Origin: an uncultured Pseudomonadota bacterium | Lineage (GTDB): Bacteria; Myxococcota_A; Polyangia; Fen-1088 | Direction: 5' to 3' | Length of the DNA stretch: 64,000 nucleotides | Assembly (NCBI GenBank): GCA_963847705.1 | Contig: CAWKBC010000029.1 | Coordinates: 324,968 to 388,967, forward strand | Part shown: one piece after another, positions 1-8,287 of the stretch | Layout of the letters: each line of letters begins with the position of its first letter | How positions within the stretch are numbered: position 1 is the first letter of the stretch | The notes under the pieces: model-generated | The model's input: the letters and a program-made list of their open reading frames with translations, nothing else | Told to the model about the DNA's origin: nothing | The model's database searches: none | Program-made: the position numbers and the translations under genes

Positions 1-353
1 CGCTGCCGGAAATTGAAGAGCGTTCCCTGAGAAAACAGGGGCTCCTCGGCACCCAGGCATCCGAGCACCATCTGCCAGCGTCGGTCCATGACCGTCAGCT
101 CCACGACCTCGTGATCGGGCACGCCCAACGCCGCCTGAAGTAGGAGTGCCATCGCCACTTGAGCGGGCGGAATTCGCTCCTTTCCGCGCACCAGCTCTGC
201 GTAAGCCGCGGCCAGCTTCGCCTGCAAGGCCTCGTCGAAGATGCGGTGCCGCAGCTCCCGCAGAAACACGAAGACACGCCGCTTTCCACACCGCTTGACG
301 ATCCGCTCCTCCAGGCCCGTCAGCGTCGTCTCGGTCGTCCAGATCGTGTCCAT
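1..353 (-). CDS. IS1182-family transposase, N-terminal part (runs off the window)
   Basis: Manual translation: MDTIWTTETTLTGLEERIVKRCGKRRVFVFLRELRHRIFDEALQAKL...PPAQVAMALLLQAALGVPDHEVVELTVMDRRWQMVLGCLGAEEPLFSQGTLFNFRQ, resembling the DUF772-type N-terminus of myxobacterial IS1182 transposases. AGGAGG SD upstream of ATG at 353. Not in the ORF track because it has no stop in the window. Confidence 0.8.
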   Translation of the reverse strand, partial: MDTIWTTETTLTGLEERIVKRCGKRRVFVFLRELRHRIFDEALQAKLAAAYAELVRGKERIPPAQVAMALLLQAALGVPDHEVVELTVMDRRWQMVLGCLGAEEPLFSQGTLFNFRQ

Positions 354-470
354 CGATTCCCTCCTGGAACCGTTTGATCACAATCCGCGATCCGCGTCGA
401 TCCCCTTTCTTCTAAGGGATCCAAACGCTTAGGCTTTTCCCTCAGCGACCTAAATTGATCCGGTCTCTAG
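1..470 (-). mobile_element. Left end of an IS1182-like insertion sequence
   Basis: Transposase 5' end plus a lower-GC leader ending at CTAG (467-470), a possible target site. The boundary is a guess because the other end is outside the window. Confidence 0.55.
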
Positions 471-566
471 CGCGTGGACGGAGCCGGGCTCTGCCCGGCG
501 TGGTCCTTGGCGGGAGGGCGCGGGAGCCCTCTTAGGGCGCCTGCAGTGCTAGACTGCCGCGCCTCG

Positions 567-1499
567 ATGCCGGCTTACGCGGTCAACAGCATGCTCGATC
601 TCATCGGCGGGACGCCGCTGGTGAGATTGCGCCACCTCGTCGAGCCCGGGATGGCCGACGTCTTCTGCAAGTGCGAGCAGTTCAACCCGGGCGGCTCGCT
701 CAAGGACCGGGTGGCGCTCTCGATGATCGAGGCGGCGGAGCGCGACGGGAAGATCACGCCGGGCGAGTCGGTGATCATCGAGCCGACCTCGGGCAACACC
801 GGCGTCGGGCTGGCGCTGGTCTCGGCGGCCAAGCGCTATCGCCTCATCCTCACCATGCCCGACAACATGTCGCTCGAGCGGCGCGCGCTCCTCAAGGCGT
901 ACGGCGCGGAGCTGCACCTGACACCGGCCGCGGCCGTCATGCGCGGCGCCGTCGAGCGCGCGCAAGAGCTTGCCGCCGACAACCCGCACGCCTTCATGCC
1001 GCAGCAGTTCAACAACCCGGCCAACGTCGCCGCCCACCAGCGGACCACCGGCCCGGAGATCGTCGCCCAGCTGGGGAACCGCAGCCCGGATGCCTTCGTG
1101 CACGGCGTGGGGACCGGCGGGACGATCACCGGCGTCGGGCGCATCCTGCGCGAGCTGCGCCCCGACGTCCGCATCGTGGCGGTCGAGCCGGAGAAGAGCG
1201 CCGTGCTGTCCGGGGGCCCGCCGGGCGAGCACCGGATCGACGGCATCGGCGCCGGGTTCGTGCCGGCCATCCTCGATCGCTCGGTGCTCTCGGAGGTGCG
1301 GACCATCTCCGAGCGGGACGCGCAACGGACCAAGCTGGCGCTGGCGCGGCGCGAGGGGCTGCTGGTCGGGATCTCGGCGGGCGCCTCGGTGAAGATCGCG
1401 CTCGACGTCGCGCGCGAGCTCGGCCCGGGCAAGACGGTCGTCACCATCCTCTGCGACACCGGCGAGAGATACTTCTCGTCGGACGCTTATTTCGAATGA
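567..1499 (+). CDS. cysK: Cysteine synthase A (O-acetylserine sulfhydrylase family, PLP)
   Basis: IGGTPLV, NPGGSLKDR (PLP Lys), EPTSGNTG, QQFNNPAN, GVGTGGT, GIGAGF, DTGERY motifs. Start at ATG 567 chosen over GTG 474. Confidence 0.9.
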   Translation: MPAYAVNSMLDLIGGTPLVRLRHLVEPGMADVFCKCEQFNPGGSLKDRVALSMIEAAERDGKITPGESVIIEPTSGNTGVGLALVSAAKRYRLILTMPDNMSLERRALLKAYGAELHLTPAAAVMRGAVERAQELAADNPHAFMPQQFNNPANVAAHQRTTGPEIVAQLGNRSPDAFVHGVGTGGTITGVGRILRELRPDVRIVAVEPEKSAVLSGGPPGEHRIDGIGAGFVPAILDRSVLSEVRTISERDAQRTKLALARREGLLVGISAGASVKIALDVARELGPGKTVVTILCDTGERYFSSDAYFE

Positions 1500-2266
1500 G
1501 CGGGCCGTCAGCCGGGAGCGTGCTGATTCTGGGCGCCGGCGGCCTCGGCTGCCCGGCCGCGCTGGCGCTCGCCGCGGCCGGCGTCCTCCGGCTCGGCATC
1601 GTCGACGATGACCGCGTCGACGCCAGCAACTTGCACCGGCAGGTCCTGTTCGCTGACGCCGACGTCGGCGAGCTGAAGGTGACCGCCTTCGCGCGCGCCC
1701 TCGCCCGCCGGTACCCCGCCCTGCGCGTCGAGCCGCACCCGGTCCGCTTCGACGTGACCACGGCTGAGGCGCTGGTCGCGGCGTACGACGTCGTCGTCGA
1801 CGGGACCGACAACTTCGCGGCCAAGTTCCTGGCCAACGACGCGGCCGTGCTGGCAGGAAAACCGCTGGTGCACGGCGCGGCGGTCGCGCTGGGCGGCCAG
1901 ATGGTGACTGTCCCGGGCGCAAAGACGGCGGCGGGCTCTGCCCGACGCCTGGGCGGCCGCCCCTGCTACCGCTGCCTGTTCGAGGAGCCGCCGCCCGCGG
2001 GCGTCGGCCCCTCCTGCGCCGAGGCCGGCGTCCTGGGGCCGGTGCCCGGCGTCATCGGGGCCCTTCTGGGGGTGGAAGCCGCCCGGCTGGCCAAAGGCGA
2101 AACTCCCGCTTTCGTCGGGCGCCTGGTCCAGTATGATTCCCGTTCCATGTCGGTCCGGGCCGTCCGCTTCAACCCCAACCCGCAGTGCGCCGTCTGCGCC
2201 CCCGGAGCGCGGATCCACGCGCTCGCCGCAGCCGACTACCCTGCTGCTGAGTGTTCACCGCAATGA
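1496..2266 (+). CDS. ThiF/MoeB/HesA-family E1-like adenylyltransferase, catalytically intact but lacking the N-terminal helix; no rhodanese domain
   Basis: GAGGLG, DDDRVDASNLHRQ, GELK, DGTDNF, CYRC, PSCAEAG, CAVC. ATG overlaps the cysK stop (ATGA). Confidence 0.9.
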   Translation: MSGPSAGSVLILGAGGLGCPAALALAAAGVLRLGIVDDDRVDASNLHRQVLFADADVGELKVTAFARALARRYPALRVEPHPVRFDVTTAEALVAAYDVVVDGTDNFAAKFLANDAAVLAGKPLVHGAAVALGGQMVTVPGAKTAAGSARRLGGRPCYRCLFEEPPPAGVGPSCAEAGVLGPVPGVIGALLGVEAARLAKGETPAFVGRLVQYDSRSMSVRAVRFNPNPQCAVCAPGARIHALAAADYPAAECSPQ

Positions 2267-3543
2267 CCACCGCCTCAGCCCCCATGAACAAAACCATTCC
2301 CTCCTACGTCGAAGGCCTTCGCTGCCGCGAGTGCGGCTCTGCTTATGACAAGGCGCCCGTTCACGTCTGCGAGATGTGCTTCGGACCGCTGGAGGTGGCC
2401 TACGACTACGCGCGCATCGGCAAGGTGCTGACCCGCGCGGCGATCGAGGCGCGCCCGCACTCGATGTGGCGCTACGCCGAGCTGCTGCCGCTCGACGGGC
2501 CGCCGGCCGTCGGCCAGCAGACCGGGATGACGCCGCTCGTGCGCGCCGAGCGCCTGGCCAAGCGGCTCGGCCTCAAGGAGGTCTGGGTCAAGAACGACGC
2601 CGTCAGCTACCCGACGCTGTCGTTCAAGGACCGGGTGGTTTCAGTCGCCGTGTCGAAGGCGCTGGAGTTCGGCATCGGCACCATCGCCTGCGCGTCGACC
2701 GGCAACCTGGCCAACGCCACCGCCGCCCAGGCCGCCGCCGCGGGCCTGCCCGCCGTCGTCCTGGTCCCCTTCGACCTCGAGCCGGCCAAGATCCTGGGCA
2801 CCAGCATCTACGGCGCGCGCGTGGTCGGCGTCAAAGGGACCTACGACGACGTCAACCGTCTGTGCTCGGAGATCGCCGGCAAGTACGGCTGGGGGTTCGT
2901 CAACGTCAACCTCCGCCCGTTCTACGCCGAGGGGTCGAAGAGCTACGCCTACGAGATCGCCGAGCAGCTCGGCTGGCGGCTGCCGGCGCACGTGGTCGTC
3001 CCGATGGCGGGCGGCTCGCTGGTCACCAAGGTCGGCAAGGCCTTCGGCGAATTCGAGAAGCTGGGCCTGGTCCCGGCGCCCGCGCGCAAGACGCGCATCC
3101 ACGGCGCCCAGGCCGAAGGGTGCGCGCCGATCATCGACATGGTGCTGGAGAACCGCGATCATGTCCGGCCGGTGAAGACGCCGACCAGCATCGCCAAGTC
3201 GCTGGCCATCGGCAACCCGGCCGACGGCTTCTACGCGCGCCAGACGATCATCGGCTCGGGCGGCTGGGCGGCCAAGCCGAACGACGACGAGATCCTCGCC
3301 GCCATGCGGCTGCTCGCCGAGACCGAGGGGATCTTCACCGAGACCGCCGGCGGCGTGACGCTGGGCGCGGCGCTGAAGCTGATCGCCGGCGGCCAGATCG
3401 GCAAGGACGACGGCCCGGTGGTCCTCTGTATCACCGGCAACGGGATGAAGACGCAGGATCCGCTGGTCGGCAAGCTGCCCACGCCGGCGCTCATCGGCCC
3501 GCGATTGAACGACTTCGACGATCTGCAAGCGACCTGGACCTAA
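2263..3543 (+). CDS. Threonine synthase-like PLP enzyme with N-terminal Zn ribbon (possibly carrier-dependent homocysteine synthase)
   Basis: CRECG...CEMCFGPL, PTLSFKDR, ASTGNLA, NVNLRPFYAEGSK, IAKSLAIGNP, TGNGMKT. Confidence 0.85.
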   Translation: MTTASAPMNKTIPSYVEGLRCRECGSAYDKAPVHVCEMCFGPLEVAYDYARIGKVLTRAAIEARPHSMWRYAELLPLDGPPAVGQQTGMTPLVRAERLAKRLGLKEVWVKNDAVSYPTLSFKDRVVSVAVSKALEFGIGTIACASTGNLANATAAQAAAAGLPAVVLVPFDLEPAKILGTSIYGARVVGVKGTYDDVNRLCSEIAGKYGWGFVNVNLRPFYAEGSKSYAYEIAEQLGWRLPAHVVVPMAGGSLVTKVGKAFGEFEKLGLVPAPARKTRIHGAQAEGCAPIIDMVLENRDHVRPVKTPTSIAKSLAIGNPADGFYARQTIIGSGGWAAKPNDDEILAAMRLLAETEGIFTETAGGVTLGAALKLIAGGQIGKDDGPVVLCITGNGMKTQDPLVGKLPTPALIGPRLNDFDDLQATWT

Positions 3544-3556
3544 GGAGACGACAGCT

Positions 3557-3829
3557 ATGGCCACCATTCGTATACCGACGCCGCTTCGCAAGCTGACGCA
3601 GGGCAAAGAGGAGGTGACGGCGACCGGCAGCACGATCGGCGCCGTGATCACCAGCCTCGAGACCCAGTACCCGGGGATCAAGGAGCGGATCTGCGACGAG
3701 AGCGGCCAGGTCCGGCGCTTCGTGAACATCTTCGCCAACGACGAGGACATCCGCTTCCTCAAGAATCTCGAGACGACCGTGAAGGACAGCGACGAGATCT
3801 CGATCGTTCCGGCGATCGCCGGCGGATGA
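3557..3829 (+). CDS. MoaD/ThiS/CysO-family ubiquitin-like sulfur carrier
   Basis: 90 aa, IPTPLR...RFVNIFANDEDIRFL...IVPAIAGG with free C-terminal GG. AAGGAG SD. Confidence 0.95.
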   Translation: MATIRIPTPLRKLTQGKEEVTATGSTIGAVITSLETQYPGIKERICDESGQVRRFVNIFANDEDIRFLKNLETTVKDSDEISIVPAIAGG

Positions 3830-4407
3830 ACGTCGCAGAGGTCCAACGCTTCGCCCGGCAGATCGCGCTCCCCGAGATCGGCCCGGATGGACAGCGGCGC
3901 ATCGGCGCCGCGCGGGTGCTGGTGACCGGCGGCGGCCTCGTGGCCGAGACCGCGGCGTCGTATCTGACGGCCGCCGGGATCGGCCAGGTGGTCGCACGCG
4001 CGGTTCCGCCAGCCGACGGCAACGCCTGGCTGGAGGCGCTGGCGGGGATCGACCTGGTGGTGCGCGCCGGCTTCGACGACGACGCGATGCTGGGTGCCGC
4101 CAAACGCCTCGGCCTCCCGGTGATCGTGGCGCGCGCGATGCCCGCGCAGATCGACGTCATCTCGTTCCCGCGGCGCGCCCCGGCGCCCGAGGCGTCGCTG
4201 GAGGTCCCGCCGCAGGCCGCCACCTCGTCGGCCCCGGGCGCAGCCGACGTCGTCGCCGGAACGCTGGCCGCCGCCGAGGCGCTGGTCCGGCTGGCGCACG
4301 TCGACGGCCCTGTCGACCAAGGCCATCTGGACGGGCGGCGCATCCGCCACCTGCGCCTGCCGCTCGATGGGGGCGCCCCGCTGGCGCAGGAGCTCGGCGC
4401 CTCGTGA
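3826..4407 (+). CDS. Degenerate ThiF/MoeB-like protein (inactive adenylation domain)
   Basis: Keeps RFARQIALPEIGPDGQRRI, VLVTGGG and the VVAGTLAAAEAL helix. Lacks DxD..SNLxRQ, has no cysteines. ATGA-coupled to the carrier gene. Confidence 0.75.
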   Translation: MNVAEVQRFARQIALPEIGPDGQRRIGAARVLVTGGGLVAETAASYLTAAGIGQVVARAVPPADGNAWLEALAGIDLVVRAGFDDDAMLGAAKRLGLPVIVARAMPAQIDVISFPRRAPAPEASLEVPPQAATSSAPGAADVVAGTLAAAEALVRLAHVDGPVDQGHLDGRRIRHLRLPLDGGAPLAQELGAS

Positions 4408-5387
4408 ACGAGCCGATGGACGCCATCCGCCGCGCCCGGCTGCGGGTCGCCGAGCGGGTCACCGATCTCATCGGCGACACGCCGATCGTGCGGCTGCAGA
4501 AATTCGAACGCGACACGCCCGGCGTCGAGCTGTGGGCCAAGTGCGAGTTCCTCAACCCGGGCGGTTCGGTCAAGGATCGCGCCGCCTACCAGATGATCCG
4601 CGACGCCATCCGCACCGGCGCGCTCAAGCCCGGCCAGACGATCATCGATTCGACCAGCGGCAACACCGGCGTCGCCTACTCGCTGATCGGCGGCGCGCTC
4701 GGCTACCCGGTCACGCTGGTGATGCCGGGGAACGTCTCCTGGGCGCGGCGCAAGATCAGCGAAGCGTTCGGCACCAAGCTGGTCTTCTCCGATCCGATGG
4801 AGGGCTCCGACGGCGCGATCCTGCTCTGTCGCAAGATGGTCGAAGAGAACCCCGGCCTCTACTTCTATCCTGACCAGTACTCCAACCTGTCGAACCCGCT
4901 CGGCCACTACAACACGACCGGGCGCGAGATCTGGGAGCAGACCGAAGGGCGGGTCACCCACTTCGTGACCGGCATCGGCACCACCGGCACGGTGATGGGG
5001 ACGGGGCGGCGGCTGAAGGAGTATCGCCGTGACATCGAGGTCTACGCCGTCGAGCCGGCGGACGCGCTGCACGGCCTCGAGGGGCTCAAGCACATGGAGA
5101 GCTCGATCATCCCGGGCATCTATCACCCCGATGAGCTCGACGGCGTGCTGGCGATGGAGACCGACGAGGCGTGGGACGTGTCCGATCGGCTGGCCAAGGA
5201 AGAGGGGCTCCTGGTCGGCCACTCGTCGGGGGCGTCGCTGGCGGGCGGGCTGCGCATCGCCAAGAAGCTGGTGGCCGCCGGCAAACCGGGCGTCATCGTC
5301 ACGCTGTTCCCCGATCGCGCCGAGCGCTACTTCGAGGCGCCGATCCCGCCCCCCAAGCCAACGATGACCGAGAAGTCATCGGCATGA
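4404..5387 (+). CDS. cysM: Cysteine synthase B-like PLP enzyme (CysM-type, probably carrier-dependent)
   Basis: IGDTPIV, NPGGSVKDR, STSGNTG, GIGTTGT, GLEGLKHM. Adjacent to the carrier and JAMM genes. Confidence 0.75.
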   Translation: MNEPMDAIRRARLRVAERVTDLIGDTPIVRLQKFERDTPGVELWAKCEFLNPGGSVKDRAAYQMIRDAIRTGALKPGQTIIDSTSGNTGVAYSLIGGALGYPVTLVMPGNVSWARRKISEAFGTKLVFSDPMEGSDGAILLCRKMVEENPGLYFYPDQYSNLSNPLGHYNTTGREIWEQTEGRVTHFVTGIGTTGTVMGTGRRLKEYRRDIEVYAVEPADALHGLEGLKHMESSIIPGIYHPDELDGVLAMETDEAWDVSDRLAKEEGLLVGHSSGASLAGGLRIAKKLVAAGKPGVIVTLFPDRAERYFEAPIPPPKPTMTEKSSA

Positions 5388-5875
5388 GCGCGCCCGAGAT
5401 GCCGCCGCCCCACCCCACCGTCTCCGTCGAGGCGCTGGCGGAGATGTACGCGCACGCGCGGCGCGACTACCCCAACGAATGCTGCGGCATCGTGTTCGGC
5501 CCCAAGGGAGCGCCGGGCGCCGACCGCGCCGTCGCCTGCGTCAACACGCAGAACGACCTGCACGCGCAGGATCCGGCGACCCACACGCGCGACGCCCGCA
5601 CCGCCTACAACCTCGGCGCGGGCGATCTGTTCAAGCTCGGCAAGAGCCTGCGCGGCGACGCGCCGGCCAAGATCATCTACCACTCGCACGTCGACGTCGG
5701 CGCCTACTTCAGCGATACCGACCAGGCCGCCGCGGTGATGGACGGCGAGCCCTCCTACCCCGTCGAGTACATCGTCATCGACGTCCGGAAGGACAGCGTC
5801 GGCGGCGCCGCGCAATTCGCCTGGGATCCCGACCGTCGCCGCTACGTCGAAGTCGGCCGCTACCCCGCGGGCTGA
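5384..5875 (+). CDS. JAMM/MPN+ (M67, Mec-like) metallopeptidase
   Basis: YPNECCG and YHSHVDVGAYFSDTD (HxH-x7-SxxD). ATGA overlap with the previous gene. Confidence 0.92.
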   Translation: MSAPEMPPPHPTVSVEALAEMYAHARRDYPNECCGIVFGPKGAPGADRAVACVNTQNDLHAQDPATHTRDARTAYNLGAGDLFKLGKSLRGDAPAKIIYHSHVDVGAYFSDTDQAAAVMDGEPSYPVEYIVIDVRKDSVGGAAQFAWDPDRRRYVEVGRYPAG

Positions 5876-5946
5876 CCGCGGCCGCCGTTGACCGGGCCCG
5901 GAGGCGCGCCTGCCCCGACGCGGCAACCGCTCGGCGGCCCGCGCGG

Positions 5947-5975
5947 TTGACAGGCCCGGAACCGGCGCCGAGACT
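5947..5975 (+). promoter_or_regulatory. Putative sigma70 promoter of the GH16 gene
   Basis: TTGACA-17 nt-GAGACT, followed by GAGGAGG SD before the ATG at 6003. Confidence 0.4.
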
Positions 5976-6002
5976 GCCTGTTTCCCCCCGAGGAGGCTGT
6001 TG

Positions 6003-7193
6003 ATGCGTGTCCCCCGCGCGCTCGTCTCGTTGTTGATCGCCGCGCCCTTGGCCTGTTTTTACGGCTGCGGCGGCTCGACTGATGGCTCTGGCCAAGGTGG
6101 CAGCTCGGCGACCGGCGGCAGCCCCGCGACCGGCGGCAGCCCCGCGACCGGCGGCTCACCCGCGACCGGCGGCTCACCCGGCAGCGGCGGCGCCGGCGCG
6201 ACCGGCGGCAGCGCTGGCCACGGCGCGACCGGCGGCAACTCCGCGGGCGGCGCTGGCGGACATGCGGGCGGCAACGGCGGAACCGCGGCCGGCAGCGGCG
6301 GCGCCGGCGGGCGCTTCACGGGCGGCGCCGGCGGAGCCGCCACCGGAAACGGCGGTGCCGCGGGACACGCCACCGGCGGAAGCACGGGCGGCGGCGGCAG
6401 CGCGCCCGACGGCGGTGCCCCGCCGCAGACGATCACGACGGCCGGCGGCACCTGGAACCTGGCCTGGTCGGACGAGTTCAACGGCAGCGGCGCCCCCGAT
6501 CCCTCGAACTGGGGGTACGAAAAAGGCTTCGTCCGCAATCAAGAGCTGCAGTGGTACCAGCCCGACAACGCGACGGTGGCCAACGGCCTGCTGACCATCG
6601 CCGCGCAGAAGGTCCACATCCTGAACCCGAACTACGTGGCCGGCAGCAGCGACTGGAAGACCAACCGCCAGTACTACGACTACACCTCGACCTCCATGAC
6701 CACGTCGGGCAAGCACGACTGGCAGTACGGCCGGTTCGAGATGCGCGCCAAGATCGACATCCGCCAGGGGAGCTGGCCGGCCTTCTGGATCCTGGGCAGC
6801 GGCACCTCCTGGCCGGCGTCGGGCGAGGTCGACATCATGGAGTACTACGCCAACAAGGTGCTGGCCAACGTCTGCACGCCCGCCGGCAGCAACTGCACCT
6901 GGGACAGCACCAACCAGTCGCCCGCCTCGCTGGGGAGCAGCTGGGGCGACGACTTCCACGTCTGGGCGATGGAGTGGGACGCCACCACCATCAACCTCTA
7001 TCTCGACGACAAGCTGGTGAACACCTACGCCGTCTCCACCGCCGGCACCGGGACCGGCAACCCCTACGACAACAAGAAGTTCTACATCCTGGTCAACCTG
7101 GCCATCGGCGCCAACGGCGGCGATCCCAGCGGCACGACGTTCCCGATCACCTACGAGGTCGACTACGTCCGCGTGTACCAAAAGGCCAGCTGA
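6003..7193 (+). CDS. GH16 beta-glucanase-like lipoprotein with Gly/Thr-rich linker
   Basis: Signal peptide with FYGC, (ATGGSP)n linker, WSDEFNG, GSWPAFW, catalytic GEVDIME, FHVWAMEW, VDYVRVYQ. Confidence 0.9.
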   Translation: MRVPRALVSLLIAAPLACFYGCGGSTDGSGQGGSSATGGSPATGGSPATGGSPATGGSPGSGGAGATGGSAGHGATGGNSAGGAGGHAGGNGGTAAGSGGAGGRFTGGAGGAATGNGGAAGHATGGSTGGGGSAPDGGAPPQTITTAGGTWNLAWSDEFNGSGAPDPSNWGYEKGFVRNQELQWYQPDNATVANGLLTIAAQKVHILNPNYVAGSSDWKTNRQYYDYTSTSMTTSGKHDWQYGRFEMRAKIDIRQGSWPAFWILGSGTSWPASGEVDIMEYYANKVLANVCTPAGSNCTWDSTNQSPASLGSSWGDDFHVWAMEWDATTINLYLDDKLVNTYAVSTAGTGTGNPYDNKKFYILVNLAIGANGGDPSGTTFPITYEVDYVRVYQKAS

Positions 7194-7270
7194 CGGGTGC
7201 GATTGACCCCCGGCGGGCCGCCGCCCTTCTGGCGGAGCGGCCGGCGCGCGACTCGGCTAGAGTATCCCGC

Positions 7271-8287
7271 GTGACTGCCCCCCTCTTTCTGCGTGCCTGT
7301 CGCGGCGAAATCACGGAGCGCGCGCCGCTCTGGCTGATGCGCCAGGCGGGGCGCTATCTGCCCGAGTACCGGCAGGTGCGCTCCGGCGTCAGCTTCCTCG
7401 AGCTCTGCAAGACACCCAAGCTGGCGGCGGAGGTGACGCTGCAGCCGATCCGGCGGTTCGGTTTCGACGCCGCGATTCTCTTCTCCGATCTGCTGGTGCC
7501 GCTGGAGGCGATGGGGCTGGCGGTCGAGTTCACCGACGAGGGGCCGCGGCTCCCCGCGCCCGTGCGCACCTCTGCCGATCTCGGGCGGATCTCGCGCTTT
7601 GATCCGGCGGCCCGCACCCCGTTCGTCATGGAGACGATCGAGGCGGTCACGGCGGCGCTCGGTCCGGAGACGCCGGTGATCGGGTTCGCGGGCGCGCCCT
7701 TCACGGTCGCGACCTACGCGGTCGAGGGGAAGACCTCGAAGACCTTCTCGGAGACGAAGCGCCTCTTCTATCAGCGCCCCGACGACGCGCACCGGCTGCT
7801 GGCGCTGCTCGGCGAGGCGACGCGCGACTATCTGCTGGCCCAGATCCAGGCCGGCGCTGCCGCGGTGCAGCTGTTCGATTCGTGGGTCGGCGTGCTTTCG
7901 GCGGAGGACTTCGAGACGTTCGCCTTGCCGCCGACGCTGGCGCTGGTCTCCGCGCTGCGCGCCACCCGTGTGCCGGTGATCTATTTCGCCAACGGCGCGG
8001 CGTCGATCCTCGATCGCGTGGCGCGCGTCGGCGCCGACGTCTACGGCCTCGACTGGCGGCTGCCGGTTGATGAAGGGCGCGCGCGGCTGGGCGGCGCGCG
8101 CGCGGTGCAAGGGAACCTCGATCCGGCGGTGTTGCTGGGCCCGCCGGCGGAGATCGAGCGGCGCGCGCGCGACATCGTCCGGCGCGGCGGCAAGCGCGGC
8201 CACATCTTCAACCTGGGACACGGGATCACCCCCGACGTGCCGATCGAATCGGTGACCGCGCTGGTGGCCGCCGTCCGGAGCGCCTGA
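7271..8287 (+). CDS. hemE: Uroporphyrinogen decarboxylase
   Basis: WLMRQAGRYLPEY, DAAILFSD, IGFAGAPFT, QLFDSW, VQGNLDP, HIFNLGHGI. GTG start at 7271. Confidence 0.96.
   Translation: MTAPLFLRACRGEITERAPLWLMRQAGRYLPEYRQVRSGVSFLELCKTPKLAAEVTLQPIRRFGFDAAILFSDLLVPLEAMGLAVEFTDEGPRLPAPVRTSADLGRISRFDPAARTPFVMETIEAVTAALGPETPVIGFAGAPFTVATYAVEGKTSKTFSETKRLFYQRPDDAHRLLALLGEATRDYLLAQIQAGAAAVQLFDSWVGVLSAEDFETFALPPTLALVSALRATRVPVIYFANGAASILDRVARVGADVYGLDWRLPVDEGRARLGGARAVQGNLDPAVLLGPPAEIERRARDIVRRGGKRGHIFNLGHGITPDVPIESVTALVAAVRSA

Noticed and set aside
1496-5875. E1 + ubiquitin-like + JAMM as an antiphage ubiquitination system (Bil/Bub/CBASS Cap2-Cap3 type)
   Set aside because: No E2 or cyclase is present, and the genes are interleaved with cysteine synthases and a ThrC-like enzyme, which fits sulfur metabolism.
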